The notes: generated by a model not told the origin, from the letters alone. Shown: positions 21,079 through 31,720, counted from the first letter of the stretch. The stretch: DNA of 50,625 bases from Sodalis sp. (in: enterobacteria) (GCF_047607725.1 NZ_JBLKSS010000008.1:1-50625); one strand, 5' to 3'. Translations and numbers: made by a program.

Positions 21079-21767
21079 TACTGCGGCTGCATTCCTAATG
21101 ATTGCGTACCCGGCACCTGTACGGCGGCCTGCTGCGCGTCTTGCTGATCGAACTGCAGCGTATCGGCATGCAGGCGGCGCTGTAGCTCATAATCCTGCAA
21201 AATAGCGTTGATGCGCCTGCGCTGTTCCTGCACCTGCTGGTTGCCGTTATCCACCCCGGCGCTGTTGGCCGACGGGACGCCCAGGCTGACCGGCGACGCC
21301 TGGCCCATCATCGGCAACGTATTGAACACCGGATTTTCCGGCTGACTGCTGTCCTGACCGACGCCCTGCTGCGTATTGTAATGCTGCACGCCGACGATGA
21401 CCGCCAACGAGACACAGGCCGCGACGCCGATTTGGGTGAGGTGCGACGCAATGCCGAATTGGGCGATGCGCGCCGTAAACGGACGGGCTCTGCGCCAGAA
21501 CGGGGACTTCTGCCAGGTTTCCGGCGCAGGCTGCGATTCTTTCACGGCCTGCGGCGCGATACGCACCGGTTCTTCGGCAATGGCGGCGGCCACGCGATCG
21601 GCAATGTCGAGATGGAGGACTTCGCCCGCGTCACCGCGCATAACGTCACGAATGAGGTGATACCGTTGCCAGCTTTGCTGCAATTTAACATCCCTGGACA
21701 AATCGTTGAACAGTTCGCTGTCGAACGATTCTCCATCCATCAGAGCGGAAAGCTTTTCATTTTGCAT
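21078..21767 (-). CDS. rseA: anti-sigma-E factor RseA
   Basis: 229 aa from ATG 21767 (MQNEKLSALMDGES). Collinear with E. coli RseA except for a 9-aa duplication before the TM segment. Confidence 0.9.
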   Translation of the reverse strand: MQNEKLSALMDGESFDSELFNDLSRDVKLQQSWQRYHLIRDVMRGDAGEVLHLDIADRVAAAIAEEPVRIAPQAVKESQPAPETWQKSPFWRRARPFTARIAQFGIASHLTQIGVAACVSLAVIVGVQHYNTQQGVGQDSSQPENPVFNTLPMMGQASPVSLGVPSANSAGVDNGNQQVQEQRRRINAILQDYELQRRLHADTLQFDQQDAQQAAVQVPGTQSLGMQPQ

Positions 21768-21795
21768 GCCTGGGTACCTTCTCCTGCCGCCGTCG

Positions 21796-22371
21796 TTAAC
21801 GCTGAATAAGCGGTTGAATTTTATTGTCAATTGCTTCGCGCGCACGGAAAATTCGTGAGCGTACCGTTCCTACCGGGCAATCCATGATGGAAGCTATCTC
21901 TTCATAGCTTAGGCCATCCAGCTCCCGTAACGTAATCGCCATACTCAAGTCTTCGGGCAACATCTCGATAGTGCGGAACACTATCTGTCGCAACTCCTCA
22001 GACAACATTAAATTCTCAGGGTTCGATATTTCTTTTAATGCGCCCGCACTTTCGTAATTTTCCGCATCGCTGGCGTCCACATCGCTTGAGGGCGGACGCC
22101 GTCCCTGAGCCACTAAGTAATTCTTCGCCGTATTGACCGCGATACGGTATAACCAGGTATAGAAAGCACTGTCGCCGCGAAACGACGCTAGGGCACGGTA
22201 CGCTTTAATGAACGACTCCTGCACCACGTCCGGCACATCCCCTTGCGGGACGTAGCGCGACACGAGGCTCGCCACTTTATGCTGGTAGCGAACGACCAGT
22301 AAATTGAACGCTTTCTGGTCGCCTTTCTGGACCCGTTCAACCAGCACCTGATCCGTTAACTGCTCGCTCAT
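21796..22371 (-). CDS. rpoE: RNA polymerase sigma-E
   Basis: 191 aa starting MSEQLTDQVLVERVQKGDQKAFNLLV. Same length as E. coli RpoE. Confidence 0.95.
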   Translation of the reverse strand: MSEQLTDQVLVERVQKGDQKAFNLLVVRYQHKVASLVSRYVPQGDVPDVVQESFIKAYRALASFRGDSAFYTWLYRIAVNTAKNYLVAQGRRPPSSDVDASDAENYESAGALKEISNPENLMLSEELRQIVFRTIEMLPEDLSMAITLRELDGLSYEEIASIMDCPVGTVRSRIFRAREAIDNKIQPLIQR

Positions 22372-22458
22372 CCGAGGTAATGTCTCCTCAAATTTTTCTC
22401 CACGCGCAAAAAAATAGTACCGCCAGCTTCTGAACCAATATTACGAGCAAGCTCGCGA

Positions 22459-22486
22459 TTGGAGTTAATGATAATCATAAAGTTCC
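22459..22486 (-). promoter_or_regulatory. putative sigma-E-dependent promoter of rpoE (P2-like)
   Basis: The minus strand reads GGAACTT-N16-TCCAA, against the consensus GGAACTT-N16-TCTAA/TCAAA. It lies about 85 nt upstream of the rpoE ATG. Confidence 0.6.
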
Positions 22487-22785
22487 GCCACGCCTGGTGT
22501 ATTTCTTAAAATAAAGGGCGCGGCCACAATGACGCCAGGGCCGCCGGCCGGGCTGAGCACCAGATTACCATAAATAGGATGGCCGGTACCCGGATTCTCG
22601 TGGAGCCAAAGCCCCACGTGAAACAGCTGCAATAATTAGCGCAGGGTAACGTGAATTTGCCATGCTGTCAGTAAACATGCGTAAATAAAACCGCGTCAAA
22701 AAGCGGCAATAAGCGGTACAGCCGGGCTGCATTGGGTGGTACCATTACCAAACAGTCTTTTCTATCGGAATTCACACTATCCGCT

Positions 22786-24358
22786 ATGCAACCATCAACT
22801 GAATATGCCACCGATGTCCTGGTTATCGGCAGCGGTGCGGCCGGGTTATCGCTGGCGCTGCGTCTGGCCGGGCATTGCGAGGTCATGGTCCTGAGCAAAG
22901 GTCCGCTGGACGAGGGCTCCACGCTGTATGCCCAAGGCGGCATCGCGGCGGTGTTCGATGAAACCGACAGCGTCGATTCCCACGTGGAAGATACACTGAT
23001 AGCCGGCGTCTGTGATCGTGAGGCGGTAGAATTCATCGCCGGCAACGCCCGCCACTGTGTGCAGTGGCTTATCGATCAGGGCGTGCTGTTCGACACCGAA
23101 ACCTCGACGCCGACCGCTACCACCTCACCCGCGTGGGCGGCCACAGCCACCGCCGCATTCTGCACGCCGCTGACGCGACCGGCAAGGCGGTGGAAACCAC
23201 ATTGGTCAGTAAAGCGACGGCGCATCCGGGCATTCAGATTCTGGAACGCTGCAACACGGTGGATCTGGTTACGTCCAACCGCATCGGGCTGCCGGGTACC
23301 CGGCGGGTGGTGGGGGCCTATATCTGGAACCGCGCCAAAGAGCGGGTGGAGCTGTGCCGCGCGCGGGTGGTGCTCGCCACCGGCGGCGCGTCCAAGGTCT
23401 ATCAATACACCACCAACCCCGATATTTCCTCCGGCGACGCTATCGCCATGGCCTGGCGGGTCGCCAACCTGGAGTTTAATCAGTTCCATCCCACTTGCCT
23501 GTTCCACCCCCAGGCGCGTAATTTCCTGCTGACCGAAGCGCTGCGCGGCGAGGGCGCCTATTTGCGCCGGCCCGACGGCAGCCGCTTCATGCCGGATTTC
23601 GACGCGCGCGCCGAACTGGCGCCGCGGGATATCGTCGCCCGGGCAATCGGCCATGAAATGAAGCGGCTGGGCGCCGATTGTATGTACCTCGACATCAGCC
23701 ATCGGCCGGAGGCGTTTATCCGCCAGCATTTCCCGATCATTTATGACAAGCTGCTGACACTGGATATCGATCTGACTCGCCAGCCGATTCCTATCGTTCC
23801 GGCGGCCCATTATACCTGCGGCGGCGTGATGGTGGATAAACACGGGCGCACCGATCTGGACGGTCTCTACGCTATCGGCGAGGTCAGCTATACCGCCCTG
23901 CACGGCGCCAACCGGCTGGCCTCCAATTCACTGCTGGAGTGCTTGGTATACGGCTGGTCGGCGGCGGAAGATATCCTGTGCCGGCTGCCGACCATCGCCC
24001 AGGTGCGCCAACTCCCCCCTGGGATGAAAGCCGGGTCAGCAATTCCGATGAAGAGGTCGTGCTGCAACATAACTGGCACGAGCTACGGCTTTTTATGTGG
24101 GACTACGTGGGCATCGTACGCACCACCAAACGGCTGGAGCGGGCCCTGCACCGCATAGAGCTGCTGACGCGCGAAATCGATGAATACTATTCCAATTTCC
24201 GCATCTCGAATAATTTGCTGGAAGTGCGCAATCTGGTGCAGGTCGCCGAGCTGATCGTCAAAAGCGCGCTGCAGCGCAAAGAGAGCCTCGGCCTGCATTT
24301 CACGCTGGATTATCCCGCTATGCAGCCTGACCCGCAGCCCACCATATTGCAGCCCTAA
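22786..24358 (+). pseudogene. nadB: L-aspartate oxidase, inactivated by two frameshifts
   Basis: Similarity to NadB runs through three frames. [22 protein letters not shown]...VLFDT is in frame 1. [22 protein letters not shown]... starts in a second frame at about 23100. PPWDESRV...LHFTLDYP starts in a third frame after a C6 run (24014-24019). AGC is missing from AMAWR(AGC)VANLEF. Confidence 0.9.
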
Positions 24359-24544
24359 TTGAGATTATCACCTGTTGAAGACTCGACAGGTGATGACTAT
24401 CCGGTTTGCTATTGTGTTATAGCATATGGGGCATTCGGAAAACTCCACCCTCATTGTCTTGCGCGCCGATATCAAAAATGGAGAAGGCAGAGCCTTTCTG
24501 GGTTGCAAAATATCATGTAACATAAGGAATTACGCCAATCAGCC

Positions 24545-24834
24545 AACATAGTCTAATTGGCGTTAACGCTTACGCTGAAAACGCGCTGCGGGTAATAAGC
24601 CTGGGTCGCAAGAACTATCTGTTCTTCGGTTCGGATAGCGGTGGCGACCGGGCGGCGCTGATGTATACGCTGATCGGCAGTTGCAAACTGAACGGCGTGG
24701 AGCCGGAAGCGTATCTGCGCCATGTGCTGGCGATTATCGCGGATCATCCCATCAAAAAAATCAAAGAGCTCCTGCCGTGGAACCTCACTATCCCTGCTGA
24801 ATAACTGTCAATACGGCGCTGGGCGTACGCTTAC
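24545..24834 (+). pseudogene. IS66-family transposase (TnpC) C-terminal remnant plus right terminal inverted repeat
   Basis: Encodes ...AENALRVISLGRKNYLFFGSDSGGDRAALMYTLIGSCKLNGVEPEAYLRHVLAIIADHPIKKIKELLPWN, with stop at 24802-24804. The IR acggcgctgggcgtacgcttac (24813-24834) is the reverse complement (1 mismatch) of the IS end at 50468. Confidence 0.8.
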
Positions 24835-25452
24835 TTTAAGCGAACCTCCGCTACCCTTTTTTATCGGGTCATGGCCGTGATGGGGGTTGAACAAATTCAA
24901 GATCATGCCGATTTCAGACTCCTCAGCCGGCGTGCGTTAAAAGCGTTGCTGACTTTAAAAGAGAAAAATATTTATCTACGTGGCATGGTGCCGTTGGTTG
25001 GATTTAAAAGTGAAAAGGAATTTTATTCACGCGCAGTGCGCGTGGCTGGCGATACGCATTATCCTCTGACCAAGATGATCTCTTTGGCGGTGAGAGGGAT
25101 CACATCTTCTTCCATCTATCCTCTGCGTATTATCTTTCACACCGGCTTTATCATCTGTTTGCTGTTAGTGTTGATGATTATCTATACCCTATATCAAAAA
25201 ATAATCGGGAATACGGTAGAAGGATGGACATCGATATCTCTTGCTATTTTGTTTTTCGGTGGCGTGCAATTACTTTGTTTCGGTGTGGTGGGTGAATACA
25301 TTGGCAAAATATACACTGAAGTCAAAAACAGACCGTTTTTTTTCGTAGAAGAAGAAATTAATTCTGAAGTTATCTCAAAAGCCACTGACGCAGCGCAGGC
25401 GGCTGATGCCCTACAGATAACGTATAATACTTTTAATAATAATGCTAAATAG
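24835..25452 (+). pseudogene. 5'-truncated GT2 bactoprenol glucosyltransferase (GtrB/YfdH/ArnC-like)
   Basis: The frame is open from the IS66 boundary. It contains ...FYRVMAVMGVEQIQDHADFRLLSRRALKAL...YPLTKMISLAVRGITSSS, then two TM segments and GEYIGKIYTEVKNRPFFFV. The catalytic N-terminal half is absent. The region is low in GC. Confidence 0.65.
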
Positions 25453-25465
25453 AAAACGGCGCGCA

Positions 25466-27045
25466 ATGAGTAATCCTAATACTTCCTCAACACTGAAAAC
25501 GCAATTACTGAACGGTAAGCTTGCCATGCTCATCGCCGTTTTTCTGGTTGGGTTTACTATCTGATTTATCCATCAGCATTTTATCTATCCTATCTATTTT
25601 CATGGCGACTCCGCGGCCATGCAGGTTCTTGCCCGCGCTATCGTTGAAAAACACAGCCTACTGCCTGCGGATTTTTCCTATGGCAATCAGATTATTTTCC
25701 TACGTTCTAATTATTTCATCGCACTTGTAATGCTGTTGGGGATGTCTGGCTATAAAGCTTATATATTCGGCTCTGCGCTTAGTATTGCCTTCTGGTTTGT
25801 TATTACTTACCTCGCTCTATCTTCGGTATTCACGCGCCGTTCTAAAGCGTTGGCGCTCGCTGCGGCGTTGTTCATCCCGTTGGGATACAACGATCTGGAT
25901 ATGGTATAGGGCAACAATCGCAATTGGCAAATATTGTGTTAGCGCTTGTAGCGGCGATAATGACGTTTCAAGCGTCGCAGCGCCCATGCCGACATTATCT
26001 ATTTTTGAGTTTTCTGCTAATAGCGCTGATGGCTTTAGAGGCACCCATTAGAGGTGCATTGGTTGCACTACCACTGATTGTGGTTTTATTTATTTGTTTC
26101 GGTTTCCGCAAAAGCGTTTATCCTTCCGCGTTATCATTAGCGGGTATCATCGTCGGTTATGTTGGCAACGCGGCATTGCTTAGACACACCGGTCCTCTTG
26201 AAGTAAATTATTTGCAGTCGTTAACGTTGTATAATCTACCCGATGTGATGACTAACCTATCACAACTCGTGATTGCCCTTCTTGGCTCAACAATGGCCAC
26301 GGATGTTTTTGCAGGAATGAAGATTGTCAGCGAGGGTTTCCTGCTTTATATCTTAAGCATTGAAATGCTACTCTGTTACGTGGCCGATTTTATTTATGGC
26401 ATTGTAAGGACCACGGAAAGAGTGAAAGAAAAGTTAGCCGCTGTTAATGATAATGAGCCTAGCTTACTCGACTTCTTCTTTATTCTCGCAGCGATAGGTA
26501 TTGTAATTGGTTTATTCGCGGTGGCAAGTCTAAATCCTGATTCACCCCGCCACGTGCAATAGGCTATGTCGCTGCTCAAAATAACGTTGTACCTTTGGCT
26601 TTATGAACAATTATCACGCATTATCAAAACGAAAAGTACGCTGGCGATCATAACAATCATCATGGCTCTTTTGACATCGTGCTGGTATTCCGTGGTCAGC
26701 AATAAACATCTTAGTCTCAGTATTCATATTACGTTTCATCGCAATCGTGATTTCAATCGCGAAATTCTGGCGTTGATGCGGCAAAATAATATTTACCAAA
26801 TTTACAGCGCAGACTTTTGGGGGATATTACCGCTGAATGCGATTGATAATCGGGTAAACGCCGGTGAACTTGCCATGAATGGTGACAACTTTGTTCCTCG
26901 ACATTGGCTGTCGCGCCCAAGTTGGTTCTGCGCCACAGGGGAAGTGTTTTACTATTTAAACCAGGATGTCGAGGCAGACAGGTTGATAAAAGATCGGATA
27001 ATGAAGCGCCATGGCGAATTACTTCTCACTAAAGGGGATGTGTGA
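25466..27045 (+). pseudogene. polytopic membrane glycosyltransferase-like gene (GtrC/YfdI-like), fragmented
   Basis: About 525 codons in four pieces. Lesions are an in-frame TGA at 25562-25564, a frameshift near 25880-25910, and an in-frame TAG at 26560-26562. There are many hydrophobic segments. The gene is AT-rich and lies directly downstream of the gtrB-like gene. Confidence 0.5.
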
Positions 27046-27173
27046 TTTGGAAAGGACCGGTGATTTGGGAAAATGACCGGCAATGCGTTAACTGAGCCCT
27101 GCTCGACTACGGGCGCAAACACCCGCGCCCGAGTCCCGCGCCGCGAGGGCTTCGCTATCACAACTGTTATCTT

Positions 27174-27704
27174 TTAAGACACCAGCTCCACCAGAATCAA
27201 CAGCGCCGCGCTGCCGCCAAATTCCTTCGGCGCCTGATGAAAGCCCTTGACGTCAGGATGTTGCACTAGCCAAAGCGGCGTCTGCTGCTTCAAGATATGT
27301 TTACCGTGTCCGTGCATGACGCAAGGCGCAATATACATGTTCACGCCGGCAGGCGGCGATGAGCGCGCCCAGTTCCTGTTTTGCCTCCGCCTGCGTGAGC
27401 CCGTGCAGATCCAAAAACAGCTCTGGCGTAAATCACCGCGCCGCAGCTTTTTTACCTCATAGGGGCTCACGTCCGGCCGGACATAGCCCGGCGGCCCCTC
27501 TTCCTGAAGCAGCGGCTGGAATTCATCGGAAAAGTAGAAACTGGCGTCCACCTGCTCCTGGATCAATCGTCGCGGGGGCAGGGCGGTTTTCGTGCGCCGC
27601 GGCGGGGACGGTCTTACCCGGTCCTGGGGCAGGGGCTTAGCGCCCACCACCGTCTGCCTGAACAGCAGCAGATCATCCTCCGCCAGTGTAAATCGTTTTT
27701 TCAT
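27174..27704 (-). pseudogene. smrB: SmrB (YfcN) ribosome-rescue endonuclease gene: full-length ORF with an internal out-of-frame segment
   Basis: The ORF reads ...[50 protein letters not shown]. The +2 frame of the same DNA reads [33 protein letters not shown], matching E. coli. This implies a 1-nt deletion near 27429-27434 and a 1-nt insertion near 27321-27327. Confidence 0.75.
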
Positions 27705-27869
27705 TGTTTCGCTCTGCGCCTAGCCTTTTATATCAGTTTACCCTTTCCTTACCGTTGACGGCGAAAAAAGTGGCGCCGTTTCCCTCCAAGGCTTACTGGC
27801 TGCTGCTTTGTCCGTCACTTCATGGCACACTAGCGCCTGTTGAAGAAAGTGAAGGCCGCGGAGGGCAGA

Positions 27870-28802
27870 TTGGACAAAATTTTTGTGGATGAAGCGGTAG
27901 CGGAAATGCATACCATACAGGATATGCTGCGCTGGACGGTCAGCCGGTTTAACGCCGCGCAACTCTATTACGGCCACGGTACCGACAATCCCTGGGACGA
28001 AGCGCTGCAGCTGGTGTTGCCCAGTGTGTTCCTGCCGCTGGATTTGCCGCCGGAGATGCACGGCGCGCGCCTGACCTCCAGCGAGCGTGCCCGCGTGGTC
28101 GAGCGCGTGATCCGCCGGGTCAATGAGCGCATACCCGTGCCGTACTTGACCAACAGGGCCTGGTTCTGCGGCCTGGAGTTTTATATTGACGATCGCGTGC
28201 TGATCCCGCGTTCTCCCATTGGCGAACTGATTACCGATCGTTTTCGCGATTTGTTGCCGCATCCTCCGGCGCATATCCTCGATATGTGTACCGGTAGCGG
28301 CTGCATCGCCATCGCCATCGCCTGTGCCTATCCCGAGGCGGAGGTGGACGCGGTGGATATTGCCCCCGGTGTATTGGCGGTGGCGGAGCAAAATATCAAG
28401 GCGCACGGCGTTGAGCATCGGGTCACCCCGATTCGCTCCGATTTATTCCGTGACTTGCCGCCGCTGGCCTATGACGTGATCGTCACCAACCCGCCCTATG
28501 TGGATGAAGAGGATATGAACGATCTGCCGGCGGAGTTCCACGCTGAACCGGTGCTGGGCCTGGCCGCCGGCAGCGATGGTCTCAAGCTGGTGCGGCGTAT
28601 TCTGGCCTGTGCGCCCGATTACCTTGCCGCGGATGGCGTACTGATTTGCGAAGTGGGCAACAGCATGGTGCATTTGATGGCGCAATACCCACAGGTGCCG
28701 TTCCGCTGGCTGGAATTTGCCCACGGCGGCGACGGTGTATTCATGTTGACGCGGCAGCACTTAATCGCCTGCGGCGAACTTTTCAAGCTGTACCGTGATT
28801 AA
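27870..28802 (+). CDS. prmB: ribosomal protein L3 glutamine methyltransferase
   Basis: 310 aa from TTG 27870 ([10 protein letters not shown]...), preceded by GGAGGG. Contains the NPPY motif (VTNPPYV). Same length as E. coli PrmB. Confidence 0.9.
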   Translation: MDKIFVDEAVAEMHTIQDMLRWTVSRFNAAQLYYGHGTDNPWDEALQLVLPSVFLPLDLPPEMHGARLTSSERARVVERVIRRVNERIPVPYLTNRAWFCGLEFYIDDRVLIPRSPIGELITDRFRDLLPHPPAHILDMCTGSGCIAIAIACAYPEAEVDAVDIAPGVLAVAEQNIKAHGVEHRVTPIRSDLFRDLPPLAYDVIVTNPPYVDEEDMNDLPAEFHAEPVLGLAAGSDGLKLVRRILACAPDYLAADGVLICEVGNSMVHLMAQYPQVPFRWLEFAHGGDGVFMLTRQHLIACGELFKLYRD

Positions 28803-28881
28803 AACCCCTGGCCCGGCCGCGGAACCCGCGTGCGGCTGTGGCGTGTCTCTTTTATTTATCAGGAATTGGTAAGGAGTCCCG

Positions 28882-29967
28882 ATGGCAGGGAACAGTATTG
28901 GACAATTTTTCCGCGTCACCACCTTCGGAGAATCCCACGGCCCGGCGCTGGGCGGGATCGTCGACGGCGTACCGCCGGGTATCCCGCTCAGCGAGGACGA
29001 CCTGCAGCGCGATCTCGACCGCCGGCGGCCCGGCACGTCGCGCTATACCACGCAGCGGCGCGAGCCGGATCGCGTGAAGATCCTCTCCGGCGTCTTTGAG
29101 GGCGTCACTACCGGCACCAGCATCGGGCTGCTTATTGAAAATACCGATCAGCGCCCGCAGGATTACAGCGCCATCAAGGATCTCTACCGTCCGGGCCACG
29201 CCGATTACAGCTACGAACAGAAGTATGGCCGGCGCGATTATCGCGGCGGCGGTCGTTCATCGGCGCGGGAAACGGCGATGCGCGTCGCCGCCGGGGCCAT
29301 CGCCAAAAAATATTTGGCACAACACTGCGGGGTGCAGCAGATACGCGGTTTTCTGGCGCAAATGGGCGATATTCGCTGCGAACTCAAAGATTGGGCGCAG
29401 GTGGAACAAAATCCGTTCTTCTGCCCTGATGTCGACTGTCTGGAGGCGCTCGATGCGCTGATGCGCGATTTGAAAAAGGCCGGGGATTCCATCGGCGCCA
29501 AGGTCACGGTTGTGGCGGAGAATTTGCCCGCCGGCCTGGGCGAGCCGGTGTTCGACCGCCTTGATGCCGATCTGGCCCACGCGCTGATGAGCATCAACGC
29601 CGTGAAAGGGGTGGAGATAGGCGATGGTTTCGCGGTGATCGGCAAGCGCGGCAGCGAAAACCGCGACGAGATCACTCCCGAAGACTTCCAAAGTAATCAC
29701 GCCGGCGGCATTCTCGGCGGCATCAGCAGCGGCCAGCCGGTTATCGCTCATCTCGCCCTGAAGCCCACCTCCAGTATCATGGTGCCCGGCCGGACGGTGA
29801 ACCGCAACGGCGAGGCGGTGGAGATGGTAACCCGCGGCCGTCACGATCCCTGCGTCGGCATCCGCGCGGTGCCTATCGCCGAGGCCATGATGGCGATCGT
29901 GCTAATGGATCACTTGTTGCGCCAGCGCGCGCAGTGCGCGGACGTTGTTGCGGCGGCGCCGGTATAG
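28882..29967 (+). CDS. aroC: chorismate synthase
   Basis: 361 aa starting [20 protein letters not shown]. Same length as E. coli AroC. Confidence 0.95.
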   Translation: MAGNSIGQFFRVTTFGESHGPALGGIVDGVPPGIPLSEDDLQRDLDRRRPGTSRYTTQRREPDRVKILSGVFEGVTTGTSIGLLIENTDQRPQDYSAIKDLYRPGHADYSYEQKYGRRDYRGGGRSSARETAMRVAAGAIAKKYLAQHCGVQQIRGFLAQMGDIRCELKDWAQVEQNPFFCPDVDCLEALDALMRDLKKAGDSIGAKVTVVAENLPAGLGEPVFDRLDADLAHALMSINAVKGVEIGDGFAVIGKRGSENRDEITPEDFQSNHAGGILGGISSGQPVIAHLALKPTSSIMVPGRTVNRNGEAVEMVTRGRHDPCVGIRAVPIAEAMMAIVLMDHLLRQRAQCADVVAAAPV

Positions 29968-29972
29968 TGACC

Positions 29973-30814
29973 ATGATGCGTAGGCTATTCACGGTTTGGC
30001 TGGCGCTGGCGGCATTCGGTGCGGGCGCCCCGCGCAGACGCCGTGGCAAAAAATCGAGCATCCCATCGCCGGCGCGCCCAGCGCCATCGGCAGCTTCGCC
30101 AACGGCTGTATTGTCGGCACCCAGCCGTTGCCGCTGGAGGCGGGGAATTATCAGGTGCTGCGGCCGGATCAGCGGCGCTACTTCACTTCGGCCATCCCGA
30201 TCTGCTGTTGTTCATCCAGCGCCTGAGTAATCAGGTGAAAAATTTGGGGCTGGGAGAGGTGCTGGTCGGTGATATGGCAATGCCGGCCGGCGGTCGGTTC
30301 AGCAGCGGGCACGCCAGCCACCAGTCGGGACTGGATGCGGATATCTGGCTACAGACGCCGCGTCAGCGCTGGACCGCCTCCCAACTGCTGAAAACCCAGC
30401 CGCTGGATCTGGTGTCGGCCAACGGCCGCGGCGTGGTGCCGCGCCTGTGGCGGCCGCAAACCGCCGCGTTGATTAAACTGGCGGCGGAGGATAACCAGGT
30501 CACCCGTATCTTTGTCAATCCGGCCATTAAAAAAACAGCTGTGCCTGGATGCGGGTAGCGATCGTGACTGGCTGCGCAAGGTCCGGCCCTGGTTCGGGCA
30601 CCGGGCACATATGCACGTACGGCTGCGCTGTCCGCCGGGCAGCCGCGATTGTGTCGATCAGCCGGCACCGCCGCCGGGCGACGGTTGCGGTGCCGAACTG
30701 GAGAGCTGGTTCCTGCCGGCCAAACCCGGCACCGGCGCACCGGTGAAAAAAACGCCGCCGCCGCTCCCTGCCGCCTGTCAGGCGCTACTCGACCGGCATC
30801 TGGTGCTGCCCTGA
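29973..30814 (+). pseudogene. mepA: murein DD-endopeptidase MepA, inactivated by at least three frameshifts
   Basis: The signal peptide frame ([19 protein letters not shown]) is lost near 30025-30037. A tandem 5-bp duplication ACTTC-ACTTC (30180-30189) breaks RRYF|GHPDL. An A7 run (30529-30535) breaks AIKK|QLCLDAG. Each piece is collinear with E. coli MepA. Confidence 0.9.
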
Positions 30815-30885
30815 AAAGCAGGCCGCCGCGCCAGCGTCGCCGGTGCCAGTGATGGCCCCGCGCTAACGTCATTAGGGAATTGAGT

Positions 30886-31711
30886 ATGGATTGGGTAGTG
30901 GTTTCGCCCTGGCTGCTGGCGGGGCTGTTTTTCGTCGCAGTACTGGCCGGGTTTATCGATACGCTGGCCGGTGGCGGCGGGCTTATCACCATCCCGGTGC
31001 TGCTGGCCGCGGGGCTGGCCCCAACGCAGGCGCTGGCGACCAATAAATTACAGAGCGTGGACGGCAGCTTTTCTGCTAGTCTTTATTTTGTGCGTCGGGG
31101 GGACGGTGAAGCTCGCCGGCCAGAAACGCAACATCGCCATGACACTGCTGGGATCGGCGGCGGGCGCCGTTCTCATTCAGCATTTGCGCGCCGATTTGCT
31201 GCGCCAGCTGCTGCCGCTGCTGGTGATAGCGATGGGTCTCTATTTCCTGCTGATGCCGCGTATCGGCGCCGAAGATCGGCAGCGCCGGTTGTCTGGCTGG
31301 CCATTTGCCCTGGTGGCCGGCGGCGGCGTGGGGTTTTACGATGGCTTTTTTGGGCCCGGCACCGGTTCATTTTACGCCCTGGCCTTTGTTATGCTAAGCG
31401 GGTATAACCTCGCTCCCGCTCCCGCTCCCGCTCCCGCTCCCGCCACCGCACACGCCAAAGTGCTGAATTTTACCTCCAATTTCGGCGGTCTGATGCTGTT
31501 TGTCCTCTCGGGCAAAGTGATATGGGCGGTCGGTCTGGTGATGCTGGCGGGGCAAATTCTGGGCGCACGGCTCGGTGCCCGCATGGTGCTGGCGAAAGGG
31601 CAGCAGTTGATCCGGCCGATGATCGTGGCGGTGTCGCTGCTGATGAGTATCAAACTGATTTATGACAATCACGGCGCCGCTATTGCGCACTGGCTGGCCG
31701 TGTGGCTGTAA
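30886..31711 (+). pseudogene. yfcA: TauE/SafE-family membrane protein YfcA, frameshifted
   Basis: The N-terminal 70 codons are in one frame and the rest (TVKLAGQKRNIAMTLLG...) in another. The switch occurs at a G6 run (31097-31102). There is also an (Ala-Pro)5 insertion. Confidence 0.85.
31411..31440 (+). repeat. hexanucleotide microsatellite (CGCTCC)x5 plus one degenerate unit, inside yfcA
   Basis: Read directly. In the yfcA frame it encodes APAPAPAPAP, where recalled E. coli YfcA has NLAKATAHAK. Confidence 0.9.
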
Positions 31712-31720
31712 AGGTAAAGC

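Noticed and set aside
22665-22690. TAAACA-N4-TAAATA near the nadB start as a NadR operator.
   Set aside because: Only one good half-site is present. The TGTTTA-N6-TAAACA palindrome is not there.
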